In this document: positions 9,742 to 18,631 of the stretch, in pieces
How the letters are laid out: the number at the start of each line of letters is the position of its first letter
Numbering within the stretch: position 1 is the stretch's first letter
Assembly: GCA_964393205.1 (NCBI GenBank)
Contig: CAYMSV010000002.1
Coordinates: 160,843-224,842, forward strand
DNA: 64,000 bases
Source: an uncultured Pseudomonadales bacterium
GTDB lineage: Bacteria > Patescibacteriota > Microgenomatia > UBA1400 > PJMF01
Direction of reading: 5' to 3'
Program-made: the position numbers and the translations under genes
The notes under the pieces: generated by a model
What the model was told of the DNA's origin: nothing
Databases searched by the model: none
Seen by the model: only the letters and a program-made list of their open reading frames with translations

Positions 9742-10857
9742 TTTATCAGCTAATGACCTAGCATTTTTGCCCAGTTGTTTTAATTTATTTGTTTGTTTAA
9801 GACTTTTATCTATCGCGGAAGCAAACTTTTTGGGTGTCTCTGGTGCTAAAATGCCAACTTTTTCCTGAGTCAACAATTTCTTAACTTCGCCAGTTGGATT
9901 AGCAATTGTAGGTCTACCAACTGCCAAATAATCTCCTAGTTTATTGGGAAATTTACCCCTATTGATTTCTTTATCTGCAAAGGGTAAAAGCATTAAATCA
10001 CCAGTCGACAAATATAAACTTAACAAATCTCTATCAACAACTCCTTGATATATGACCTTATTATTTAAATTTTTATGAACCTTTATTTGCCTCTCGAAAG
10101 CTGGTATTGGAGGACCCAATAACATTAATAGCACGTCTTTCCTTAAACAATTTAATTCTATAAAGGTTTTAGCTAATAATTCTTCATCATAAGTACCAAC
10201 ATATAAATAAACCAATATTTTCTTTGTTTGACTCAAACCCAGTTTGCGTCTTGCAACGAATTTTGACATGGTTTTGATACCCTTAATATTAGCCCCAACA
10301 CCTAGAAAAAATACATTATCTTTGTTTTTTCTAATTAATTTAGCTTTTTTAACTAAATCATCACTAATTGCTGTAACAGCAAAAGCTAAACGAATAAAAA
10401 GACGCTCAGCGTAATGATCAAAATTAGCTGTTAAAAAACTAAAAGGTCCATAGCGACGATCAGCTATACCTCCTCTTCCCCAAAGGTCGGCCCAGTCCAA
10501 AAACCACTTTGTTTTTGGAAAAAAGCAAGATTTAATCAAAGCAGGAATAGTCGCTGCTGGCCGGTGATTGAAACTTTGAATAACATCACATTTTGAAAAG
10601 AAAATAGCCACACTTCTAAAACAAATATCAAAAATATCATTTCCTCCTTTTCGAAAACGATAAGGCATTAAACCTATTGATTCTACGACCTTCACACCCT
10701 TTTCATAACTTACTTTTGGTAAAAAACTAATTTTTTTGGCACTAGTCCACAAAGTTACTTGGTGCCCTAGCTCAGTTAATCCCTGCGCTAAAGATAGGGA
10801 GCGCAAATAACTTCCACCAATTTCTTTAGCCTCATAGGTTAAAAAAACTATTTTCAT
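9691..10857 (-). CDS. glycosyltransferase family 1 (GT4-like)
   Basis: 'MKIVFLTYEAKEIGGSY' N-terminus (start at the internal M; the ORF track gives 10887). C-terminal 'KLGDYLAVGRPTIANPTGE'. Confidence 0.7.
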   Translation of the reverse strand: MKIVFLTYEAKEIGGSYLRSLSLAQGLTELGHQVTLWTSAKKISFLPKVSYEKGVKVVESIGLMPYRFRKGGNDIFDICFRSVAIFFSKCDVIQSFNHRPAATIPALIKSCFFPKTKWFLDWADLWGRGGIADRRYGPFSFLTANFDHYAERLFIRLAFAVTAISDDLVKKAKLIRKNKDNVFFLGVGANIKGIKTMSKFVARRKLGLSQTKKILVYLYVGTYDEELLAKTFIELNCLRKDVLLMLLGPPIPAFERQIKVHKNLNNKVIYQGVVDRDLLSLYLSTGDLMLLPFADKEINRGKFPNKLGDYLAVGRPTIANPTGEVKKLLTQEKVGILAPETPKKFASAIDKSLKQTNKLKQLGKNARSLADKLSWRTIAQELEAFYIK

Positions 10858-10957
10858 CTGCTTGATTATAAAGCGCAATCGCAACATTGCACAACATAAA
10901 GTAAAAGAATTTCATCTAGCCAGTGACTAAATAAACAAAATCACTTATCATAAGATC

Positions 10958-11647
10958 ATGTTTGGCATTAAAACTTTTATTAAAGATTATTTGTATATTA
11001 AAGTTAGCTCAAAATTGAGTAATGATTGGTTTATTAAAAAATTGATGACAACTTTTCAAGCTGATCAACCAGGTCATAGAGCTAATATTGCCAAAGCTGA
11101 TATGGGTTATGGCTGGATTCATTACGGTTTCATACGTCAACAAAAACCAAAAAAACTTTTGTGCGTTGGATCACGACACGGTTTCATTCCCGCAATTATG
11201 GCACAAGCCTGCAAAGACAATGGTTTTGGAAAAGTGGATTTTGTTGATGCTGGCTTCGATTCAACAAGTGAAAATCACTGGACAGGAGTTGGTTATTGGC
11301 TTACTGAAAAAGGGAAAAACTGTTTTAAAGAATTTAAATTAAAAAAACATATTAAGCTTTTCGTTCAAACAACAGAAACTTTTGCTAAAAATTATCCAAA
11401 AAACAAATACGATTACATATATGTTGACGGAGATCATTCATACAAGGGGGTTAAAACTGATTTTAAATTATTTTGGCCAAAACTAAATCAAGGAGGTTTT
11501 ATGCTTTTTCATGATATTAGCGTTACTCAAACCTTAAATGAAGGAGAGTATGGTGTCTGGAAACTATTTGAAGAACTAAAAGAAAAAAATCCTTACATTG
11601 CTTTCGATTATTCCAAATCAGGACTGGGAATTATACAAAAAAAATAA
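10958..11647 (+). CDS. class I SAM-dependent methyltransferase (TylF/CmcI-like, probable sugar O-methyltransferase)
   Basis: 'YIYVDGDHSYKGVKTDFKLFWPKLNQGGFMLFHDI' is characteristic of the macrocin-O-methyltransferase/CmcI family. Confidence 0.55.
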   Translation: MFGIKTFIKDYLYIKVSSKLSNDWFIKKLMTTFQADQPGHRANIAKADMGYGWIHYGFIRQQKPKKLLCVGSRHGFIPAIMAQACKDNGFGKVDFVDAGFDSTSENHWTGVGYWLTEKGKNCFKEFKLKKHIKLFVQTTETFAKNYPKNKYDYIYVDGDHSYKGVKTDFKLFWPKLNQGGFMLFHDISVTQTLNEGEYGVWKLFEELKEKNPYIAFDYSKSGLGIIQKK

Positions 11648-11696
11648 TTATTTAACTCTATAGACAAAAATATTAAAACTTTAAAAATACATTTTT

Positions 11697-12254
11697 ATGA
11701 AAATTAATATTTTTAAATTACTTGCTTTAAAGAAACAAAAAAATCAAATCATTATTATTACTGGTCCGTCTGGTGTAGGTAAAACTACAATTTCCAAAAA
11801 GCTTTCTCAAGCTTTAGATAATAGTGTTTATATTTCTCTAGATACACTTAGGTCATTTGTTAAAAATGGATATCAAAGTCCAGCAACTTTCAAACAAACA
11901 GCGGCCGTTATTAAACAAAGCTCCTTAGCTAGAAACTGTGCTCTTTTTATTGCAAAAGCTTACTATAAAAACGGATTCAACATTATTGTTGATGATGTTT
12001 TGTATAAAAAAAGCTTCGTTTTTTGGACTAAGAAACTAAAAAACTATAATTTTAAAATTATAGTCTTGAAAGAAGAACTAAAAACAATTATTAAGAGAAA
12101 TACACTAAAAAAAACAGGACGTTTAGATGAAGAAATAATAATTTACTTAAAAAAACAATTTGATGAGTTGGGTCCAAATAAAGATTTATACTTCATAAAA
12201 AACGAAAACACAGATAAAACAGTCAAAAGTATAAAAAAAATTATAGCTAATTAA
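11697..12254 (+). CDS. P-loop NTPase/kinase (AAA_33/zeta-toxin-like small kinase)
   Basis: Walker A 'ITGPSGVGKTT'. Its 185 aa size is typical of small nucleotide/sugar kinases. Confidence 0.5.
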   Translation: MKINIFKLLALKKQKNQIIIITGPSGVGKTTISKKLSQALDNSVYISLDTLRSFVKNGYQSPATFKQTAAVIKQSSLARNCALFIAKAYYKNGFNIIVDDVLYKKSFVFWTKKLKNYNFKIIVLKEELKTIIKRNTLKKTGRLDEEIIIYLKKQFDELGPNKDLYFIKNENTDKTVKSIKKIIAN

Positions 12255-12255
12255 A

Positions 12256-13383
12256 TTAGATACGCGGAATATTTTCTAGATTCGTATTATCAGAAATTAA
12301 AACTAATCGCGCCTTTTCCTGTAATTCAGCTATATCATGAGCTCCTTGATACCACAATGATCTTCTTAGCCCACCAGTTAATTTGTTTAATATAGGCTTA
12401 ACACTTCCTTTATATTCCACTAAGGCTTCAACACCCTCCTCCAAAGCTTCATTTCCTGGTGTTAAAGATTGAGACTTGTTAGAAAATACTATGTTTTTTA
12501 CTTTACTCTTTAACAAATGAAGGTTTTTTTCTAAGAAATTCTTATTATCTGAGTCGTTAGAAGTTATAGCTTTTTTACTACACATTCCCCAAGTATTTTT
12601 ATATTTCTTCCCATCAATTTTAATTATTTCTCCAGGAGATTCTTCTGTTCCACTAAACATACCTCCTATCATTACTGCCGAAGCACCAAAGGCCAAAGCT
12701 TTAGCAAGGTCTCCGGGATACTTAATTCCACCTTCAGAAATAATTGGTATTTTATATTTTTTAGCTGCTTTAGAACATTCAAGAACAGCACTTAATTGAG
12801 GCCTACCAACCCCAGTTACTAAACGGGTAGTACAATGTGATCCTGGCCCAATTCCTACATTTAAACTATCTATTCCTGATTTTGCCAGCTCTACAACAGC
12901 CTCTTTGGTAGCAATGGGGCCAGTGCTTAATTGAGCTTTTGGATATTTTTTTCTGACTTCTTTGATAAACTTTAAAGTAGGCGTATTCAAAGAATGATAG
13001 GTATAAATGCAAATAATATCAGTGCCTAAATTTAATAAATCACCAATATGTTTGAGGCCACTTACTGACAACTCTCCAACTGTCGCCGCTACCTTAATTT
13101 TTTTGCTTTTAGCTTCAGCCACCTGTTTGAGTTGATTTTCAAAACCATCAAAACCATGGATATAACCCATACCACCCATTTCAGCCATAGCTATCGCCAT
13201 TTGCGCCTCAGTAACCCCAGGCATTGGAGAGGATAATATTGGTATATCAATTTCAATTTTCTTAGACACCTTAGTTTTCAAATTAATCTTTGTTTTTTCC
13301 TCACTCATATCAAAATCGGCTTTCTGAGCTAAAAACAAAACATCATCAAAAGTTACTTCTGGATTTGTGGAAATTATTTTCAT
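12256..13383 (-). CDS. IMP dehydrogenase/GMP reductase family protein lacking the CBS subdomain
   Basis: Catalytic loop 'GIGPGSHCTTRLVTGVGRPQLSAV', 'MAIAMAEMGGMGYIH' and 'ISEGGIKYPGD' indicate an IMPDH-family TIM barrel of about 375 aa. Confidence 0.75.
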   Translation of the reverse strand: MKIISTNPEVTFDDVLFLAQKADFDMSEEKTKINLKTKVSKKIEIDIPILSSPMPGVTEAQMAIAMAEMGGMGYIHGFDGFENQLKQVAEAKSKKIKVAATVGELSVSGLKHIGDLLNLGTDIICIYTYHSLNTPTLKFIKEVRKKYPKAQLSTGPIATKEAVVELAKSGIDSLNVGIGPGSHCTTRLVTGVGRPQLSAVLECSKAAKKYKIPIISEGGIKYPGDLAKALAFGASAVMIGGMFSGTEESPGEIIKIDGKKYKNTWGMCSKKAITSNDSDNKNFLEKNLHLLKSKVKNIVFSNKSQSLTPGNEALEEGVEALVEYKGSVKPILNKLTGGLRRSLWYQGAHDIAELQEKARLVLISDNTNLENIPRI

Positions 13384-13411
13384 AAAGCAAAATATACCAT
13401 ATCTAAAAAAT

Positions 13412-14041
13412 TTATAAAATTATTTTTTTAAACTTATCAATGTGTATGGCTTTAAAACCAAAATTAGTGGCTGGCTCTATATCACTATGAAAGGAATCAC
13501 CTATCATAAGATGTTCTGATTTTTTCAAACCAGTTAAATCAATCACTTTTTTTAGAAGATCTACAGAAGGTTTAAGTTTTCCTTCGGTATCTCTAGCTAT
13601 AATTTCTTCAAAGGGATGATACGATTCTTTTTTCTTCTTAAATCCTATCGCTTTTAAACATAAAAGAACATCTTTTTTTCTAGAATTTGTTAAAATAATG
13701 TGTTTAAAAGATGATAGCTCTTCAATTGCTTTAACTAAGCCTGGATCTTTATTTAAAAAACGATGCTTGTTTAATATGTCTTCAATTTGATCGATAATTT
13801 TAATTTCATTTTTTAAAGAGGAATTTTCTGTAATAGTCCTACTCCAACTACCATGTTTTTTGGAAAGTTCACGAAATTCTTCTATGGTAACAGTAAAACA
13901 ATGCTTGTTAAAAAATTTAAGAAATTCTTTTTCCATTGCTTCGCCAACAGAAAAATTTTGATATAAAGTCCCATCTAAATCCCAAACTAAGGCTTTAATA
14001 TCTTTGAATAGAATGTTTTTTTTTATTTTTTTAATCAACAT
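13412..14041 (-). CDS. HAD-superfamily hydrolase
   Basis: Motif I 'LVWDLDGTLY'. C-terminal 'MIGDSFHSDIE' is motif IV-like. Confidence 0.65.
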   Translation of the reverse strand: MLIKKIKKNILFKDIKALVWDLDGTLYQNFSVGEAMEKEFLKFFNKHCFTVTIEEFRELSKKHGSWSRTITENSSLKNEIKIIDQIEDILNKHRFLNKDPGLVKAIEELSSFKHIILTNSRKKDVLLCLKAIGFKKKKESYHPFEEIIARDTEGKLKPSVDLLKKVIDLTGLKKSEHLMIGDSFHSDIEPATNFGFKAIHIDKFKKIIL

Positions 14042-14177
14042 AATGTGTAACCAGTTTTAAAAATTTAAATATCAATAATTATAATAAGCAAAAGGACACA
14101 ACTAATAAATTATAACTTGCTTATAATAAATAAACAGACTATCTTTCTTATTTTTTTTAGATAAAATATCCTAGATA

Positions 14178-14837
14178 ATGTTACAGAAAAATAAAAAAGC
14201 TAAAATTTTTATTCACAGCAGTTTCTTTGGGCACTTCAAACTAATCATTGATCTCTTATTGACCATATTTATATTAATCCTGATATCACCTTTAATTATT
14301 ATTTCTTTTCCTTTTTTACTGTGGCAAATCGGCCAACCAATCATCTTTAAACAGAAAAGAACTGGTAAAGGCGCTCAAAATTTCGAGCTTTATAAGCTAC
14401 GCACTATGGTAAAAAATGCTGAACTACTTCGTTCTAAAAACCAAAAACATTTTGCTGAATTAAACTATGCTCCAGCTCCTATGTTTAAAATTAAAAATGA
14501 TCCACGTTTTTTAAAAATTGGCAAATTTCTATCCCATAGCGGCCTAGATGAATTGCCACAATTGATTAATATTTTAAAGGGTCAAATGTCTTTAGTGGGT
14601 CCAAGACCGCTACCAACTAATGAAGCTCAAACTTTAAAAAAAATTGATCCTGATTGGTATTTTTGGAGACATCAAGTAAAACCAGGCTTGTTTTCCCTAT
14701 GGGTATTAAATAACGAAAGACACAAAAACTTGGAGGCTTGGAGGGGGCTTGAAAAAAAAACACTTGCTTTAAATTTGAAACAACAATATTTCTTGATTTT
14801 TCAAATTATTTGGAGTCAATTGTTAAAAATGCTTTAA
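14178..14837 (+). CDS. polyprenyl-phosphate sugar phosphotransferase (PglC/WbaP C-terminal-domain-type 'bacterial sugar transferase')
   Basis: N-terminal re-entrant helix. 'PIIFKQKRTGKGAQNFELYKLRTM' and 'DELPQLINILKGQMSLVGPRP' are diagnostic. Confidence 0.75.
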   Translation: MLQKNKKAKIFIHSSFFGHFKLIIDLLLTIFILILISPLIIISFPFLLWQIGQPIIFKQKRTGKGAQNFELYKLRTMVKNAELLRSKNQKHFAELNYAPAPMFKIKNDPRFLKIGKFLSHSGLDELPQLINILKGQMSLVGPRPLPTNEAQTLKKIDPDWYFWRHQVKPGLFSLWVLNNERHKNLEAWRGLEKKTLALNLKQQYFLIFQIIWSQLLKML

Positions 14838-14960
14838 ATCCTTGCTTAAAAACAATCAATTAAATGTATCAAAACATAACAACAATGATTTTTCTACTTG
14901 CTAAACCTTACTTTTGTATATTAAGCTAAAAGCAACTATTTTTATTGTGTCAAACAATTT

Positions 14961-15992
14961 ATGTCTAATTTAAACAAATATTTGCCTAACAAATATCAAC
15001 AAAAATCCATTGACAATCAACTTAGTCAGCCTGAGGAAATTTTAACAAAATCTATTCCTTCTTCTGAGAATTTAAATCCAACTACTCAAATAAACTCAAC
15101 AAAAACTACTCAAACCACAAATAACAATAATAATTCTGTTAAAGTTTCCTCAAAAAACAAGACAAAACAATCTCCTAAAAAAAAGAAAGTAATTTTTTTA
15201 AGTATATTGTTATTTCTTTTACTAGCTGGAACCCTAACCTCTCTGTTTTTGATCAGAAGGGCCCAAGATATAAGACAGCAGGCTGCTTATCCAACTCCCA
15301 CTATCACTCCCAGACCTACTACGAGACCTACTACGGAACCAACTACAGAACCGACTACGGAACCTACAATCAGTCCCACTATAGGACCTACTGAAACTCC
15401 AATAATTGCTTGTGCTGACATTGGCTGTGCTGATGATAATGATTGTCAAGAAGGCTATGCTTGCATACAAGGCGCACCAGATGAAGGAGCAGCTATCACA
15501 GTTGGAATTTGTGGTCTAGCTTCATTGGCTGATGAGTGTCGCAACAATCGTGATTATGATTCTTGTTGTGTAGAACCAACTATCACTACCACTCCTTCTC
15601 CCACCTTAAGCTTAGAACCAACTACAAAACCAACTGACTCTCCAGGAGAGCCAACTGATTCCCCAGAAGAACCAACTGACTCTCCAGAAGAGCCAACTGA
15701 TTCCCCAGAAGAACCAACTCCAGTTGTAACCACAGTTATTACTACTGTTGGCTGTAATGAAAGCTGTAGTGAAAATGCTGATTGTGCCAATATTAGCCAT
15801 ATCTGTTATGAAGGATTTTGCCGTCTAGACGTTTATCCAACAGATGTTAATTGTCGTCTGCCAGATGGAAATACTATTATCGAACGAGCAGTAGAAATAC
15901 CAACCGAAACAGGATTTGCTGACTGGTTTAATTTCCTTAAAATTGGTTTAGGCGCATTAGGACTCGGCACCTTACTATTGCTTCTCTTTTAA
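14961..15992 (+). CDS. Cys-rich surface protein paralog A: N-terminal cytoplasmic low-complexity tail, TM, Pro/Thr linkers, two Cys modules, C-terminal hydrophobic tail
   Basis: A TM helix 'VIFLSILLFLLLAGTLTSLFLI' is followed by 'RRAQDIRQQA'. The linkers are PTTEPTTEPT/EPTDSPEE repeats. The Cys modules are 'CADIGCADDNDCQEGYACIQ...CRNNRDYDSCC' and 'GCNESCSENADC...CRLPDGN'. It ends '...GFADWFNFLKIGLGALGLGTLLLLLF*'. Confidence 0.6.
   Translation: MSNLNKYLPNKYQQKSIDNQLSQPEEILTKSIPSSENLNPTTQINSTKTTQTTNNNNNSVKVSSKNKTKQSPKKKKVIFLSILLFLLLAGTLTSLFLIRRAQDIRQQAAYPTPTITPRPTTRPTTEPTTEPTTEPTISPTIGPTETPIIACADIGCADDNDCQEGYACIQGAPDEGAAITVGICGLASLADECRNNRDYDSCCVEPTITTTPSPTLSLEPTTKPTDSPGEPTDSPEEPTDSPEEPTDSPEEPTPVVTTVITTVGCNESCSENADCANISHICYEGFCRLDVYPTDVNCRLPDGNTIIERAVEIPTETGFADWFNFLKIGLGALGLGTLLLLLF
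15631..15714 (+). repeat. in-frame tandem repeat, 21 nt x4 (encodes PTDSP(G/E)E)
   Basis: ccaactga(c/t)tc(t/c)cca(g/a)(g/a)aga(g/a) is repeated head-to-tail four times. Confidence 0.8.
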
Positions 15993-16082
15993 TCAGTTCT
16001 AAAAAATTACTCTTGCTAAACTTTTAAAAAATAGAGTATGCTTATTGAAGGTAGTGCCGTAATAGCGCAACTATAGCCTTTT

Positions 16083-17117
16083 ATGAGTGAAATTAATATT
16101 TCTTCTTCATCAGCTCGCAACCAAGCCATACCAAGCAAGCCTGAACAATCAGACTCTAATAATCTTTTTCTTAATAAGAATTCTAATTCTGACAAAAATT
16201 CTGGTTCTAAAAATTCACAAAGTAACTTTAGCAAAAATAAAAATAATATTTTAGCTATTGTTTTACTCTTCTTTCTATTAATCAGTAGCGCCGCTGGTTT
16301 GGTTCTAATGAAACAGCGTCAAGACACTAGACAGCAAGCTTATAGTTCTGGTTTTAGCTGTAATAGCTACCACTACGGAAGTTCTTGTCGTAATACTTCA
16401 GGTACCTGGGAAGGAAGATGTGTATTAATCAACTGTCCCAAAGGTATTTTAGTTCCCGGAAAATGTTCTGAATCCGATCCCAGTGCTTATTGGGAGTTTG
16501 GAAATTGTTCCACCCTATTAAATAAAGCTAGAAGCTCAAATTACCCTCAGTGTTGGCAAATTGATGCTGTTAATAATTCGAACACCTATTGCAATGTTGA
16601 TTCTAGCTGCCAACATTATGAAACTTCACTGAGAGAGTGTGGTAACACCCCTCAACCAACTAATACACCACGCCCTCCAACACCTACACCAACCATTGGT
16701 CCTAGCCCCACTCCCAATCCCACACCAACTACTGGTCCCACACCAACTACTGGTCCAACTCCTAGCCCAGCCCCAATGTGTCGAAAAATTGAAATTCTAG
16801 ATCAAAATAACAAAGTCTTAACAGGCGACGCAGACCAAGATCTCATTCCTGAAGTTAGCGTTGTTAGATTTAGATGTTTTGGTAAACTTGAATCTAGCGA
16901 AAATCTCGACAGCTTGATTGAACGTTTTGACTTTGCTGTCTTAGAACCAAGTGGAGAAGTAGTCTTTCTTGAAGAAAGGATGAGCGTCGCTAATACTTCT
17001 GAAGATTATTTAATCAAAGAAGGTGGGGATTTCATTGCCGAATGTCGTCTATGTACAGCTTTAGACACTTGTCAAGAATGGACTAATCCAGTAATTAAAG
17101 AAGCAAGTTTGGAATAA
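16083..17117 (+). CDS. Cys-rich secreted/anchored protein paralog B (N-terminal anchor, PT linker, no C-terminal tail)
   Basis: N-terminal N/S/K-rich tail, a TM helix 'ILAIVLLFFLLISSAAGLVLM' followed by 'KQRQDTRQQAY' (the same post-TM motif as the neighbours), a 12-Cys domain, and a linker 'PTPTPTIGPSPTPNPTPTTGPTPTTGPTPSPAP'. Confidence 0.55.
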   Translation: MSEINISSSSARNQAIPSKPEQSDSNNLFLNKNSNSDKNSGSKNSQSNFSKNKNNILAIVLLFFLLISSAAGLVLMKQRQDTRQQAYSSGFSCNSYHYGSSCRNTSGTWEGRCVLINCPKGILVPGKCSESDPSAYWEFGNCSTLLNKARSSNYPQCWQIDAVNNSNTYCNVDSSCQHYETSLRECGNTPQPTNTPRPPTPTPTIGPSPTPNPTPTTGPTPTTGPTPSPAPMCRKIEILDQNNKVLTGDADQDLIPEVSVVRFRCFGKLESSENLDSLIERFDFAVLEPSGEVVFLEERMSVANTSEDYLIKEGGDFIAECRLCTALDTCQEWTNPVIKEASLE

Positions 17118-17140
17118 AAATATAGAACTAAATTATAAAA

Positions 17141-18043
17141 ATGGCTAAAACTAATAATTATCAACCAGTTAAATATGCAAAAGCACCAAGTGCTAATAGT
17201 TTGCAGAACAAAAACAACAAAAATTCACTAAAAATATTGTATTTAGTTTTTGCTCTATTGCTTTTTATTGTGGGGTCAGCCAGCGTAGTTTTAATTAGCC
17301 GCAAACAAGAGTTAGAACCAGGACCAGTAGCCCCCAATGTTCCACAATCTAAACCAGAAGCATATATACCGGTCGAAGAATCCTGTGTTACAAGTTTTAA
17401 TGTGCCTTTAAATCTAGCTTGTTCAGATAGTGGCTGTGCTGATGATAATGATTGTCAAAAAGGCTATGTTTGCATACAAGGAGCACCAGATGAAGGAGCG
17501 GCGATCACTGTTGGAATTTGTGGTCTAGCTTCCTTAACTGATGAATGTCGCAACAATCGTGATTATGATTCTTGTTGTATAGAGCCTACCAGTACTCCCT
17601 CTCCAACACCAACAACTGAACCAACTGGAACTCCAGAGCCAACTAGTACTCCTGAACCCACTGGAACTCCAGAACCAACTAGTACTCCTTCTCCAACACC
17701 AACTCCTGAACCAACTGGAACTCTAGAGCCAACTGAAACCCCTAAATCTACTCCTACTGAAGAACCGACTCCTGTTTTAACCCAGGTAATTACTACTGTT
17801 GGTTGCAATGAAAGTTGTAAGGAAAATACTGACTGTAGCAATGTTAGTCATATTTGTTATGAGGGAGTGTGTCGCTTAGACGTTAATCCAAACGATGTTA
17901 ATTGTCGCCTACCTAATGGCAACAACATGATTGAACGACCGGCTGTTGTACCTACTGAGTCAGGTTTTGCGGATTGGTTTAATTATCTAAAAGCAGGACT
18001 CGGTATTCTAGGTTTTGGCGCGCTACTATTACTACTTTTGTAA
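17141..18043 (+). CDS. Cys-rich surface protein paralog C (close paralog of 14961..15992)
   Basis: It has the same Cys modules, about 90% identical at the nucleotide level over about 150 bp ('CADDNDCQKGYVCIQGAPDEGAAITVGICGLAS..CRNNRDYDSCC'). It has EPTGTPEPTSTP repeats and the same C-terminal tail 'GFADWFNYLKAGLGILGFGALLLLLL*'. Confidence 0.6.
   Translation: MAKTNNYQPVKYAKAPSANSLQNKNNKNSLKILYLVFALLLFIVGSASVVLISRKQELEPGPVAPNVPQSKPEAYIPVEESCVTSFNVPLNLACSDSGCADDNDCQKGYVCIQGAPDEGAAITVGICGLASLTDECRNNRDYDSCCIEPTSTPSPTPTTEPTGTPEPTSTPEPTGTPEPTSTPSPTPTPEPTGTLEPTETPKSTPTEEPTPVLTQVITTVGCNESCKENTDCSNVSHICYEGVCRLDVNPNDVNCRLPNGNNMIERPAVVPTESGFADWFNYLKAGLGILGFGALLLLLL
17618..17689 (+). repeat. in-frame tandem repeat, 36 nt x2 (EPTGTPEPTSTP) plus degenerate copies to about 17745
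   Basis: 'gaaccaactggaactccagagccaactagtactcct' is followed by a near-identical copy. Confidence 0.75.
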
Positions 18044-18064
18044 AGTTAGTTTTCCCTAGTTTTT

Positions 18065-18073
18065 TGTTATAAT
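18065..18073 (+). promoter_or_regulatory. extended -10 element TGTTATAAT upstream of the tRNA
   Basis: TGnTATAAT lies 11 nt before the tRNA 5' end. Confidence 0.3.
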
Positions 18074-18084
18074 GCATATCAAGC

Positions 18085-18161
18085 GCGTGTGTAGCTCAAT
18101 TGGTTAGAGCTCCAAGCTTATACCTTGGGGGTTCTAGGTTCAAGTCCTAGCACACGCACCA
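18085..18161 (+). tRNA. tRNA with anticodon UAU (tRNA-Ile(UAU) by standard decoding), encoded CCA
   Basis: Hand-folded cloverleaf. Acceptor GCGTGTG/CACACGC 7 bp. D-arm GCTC-AATTGGTTA-GAGC. Anticodon stem CCAAG/CTTGG with loop C-T-TAT-A-C. 5-nt variable loop. T-arm CTAGG-TTCAAGT-CCTAG. Discriminator A, then CCA. Confidence 0.75.
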
Positions 18162-18631
18162 TGATAAAACTTATTTTTAAAATAATAAAATTATTAATTT
18201 TTATTTTAATCTTATTAACTTTAAGTGTTTTTGCCTACCAAAAAGGTTGGCTTAAAAACCATCCTCTTCACGCCCAAATTGAAAATTTTCAATCAGGAGA
18301 AATTAAAAATTGGCAAGATTTTATTAGCTCTTTTCAAGATCAGGAAAAATTAAATTTACAGTTAAACGAATTGAGTAATGATGCTGGAAAACAAATTAAA
18401 ATCAGTGCACAGAAAGCCTTAGAAGCTGGAAAAGTAGCTCAAGAGTTTATGTCAGAGTCTGTTCAAACAGACGAATTCGAAGACAAAAAAATCGGTGAAA
18501 AGGCTTTCGAATATGGTCAATATATTTATTGCAAAGCAGTGGTAGATGATTGGCAAGAAAGACTTATTGAAGATAATTCAGAAAAAGAAGAAGATATTTT
18601 AGATCAAGACGAAATAAAAACTAACGAATAG
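18161..18631 (+). CDS. hypothetical N-terminally anchored acidic protein
   Basis: The ORF track starts at 18125 inside the tRNA. The start is more likely M at 18161 (MIKLIFKII...), with a TM helix then an acidic helical region. Confidence 0.35.
   Translation: MIKLIFKIIKLLIFILILLTLSVFAYQKGWLKNHPLHAQIENFQSGEIKNWQDFISSFQDQEKLNLQLNELSNDAGKQIKISAQKALEAGKVAQEFMSESVQTDEFEDKKIGEKAFEYGQYIYCKAVVDDWQERLIEDNSEKEEDILDQDEIKTNE

Noticed and set aside
11088-11342. Alternative-frame ORF inside the methyltransferase gene
   Set aside because: It is fully nested in a gene with recognisable family motifs and has no motif of its own.
15234-15800. Minus-strand ORFs 15234..15470, 15554..15790, 15612..15800 and 17563..17841 with Gly/Ser/Val or Trp/Phe repeats
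   Set aside because: They are antisense to the PT-repeat linkers of the surface-protein genes. Their repetitive, low-complexity translations are an artefact of the coding-strand repeats.
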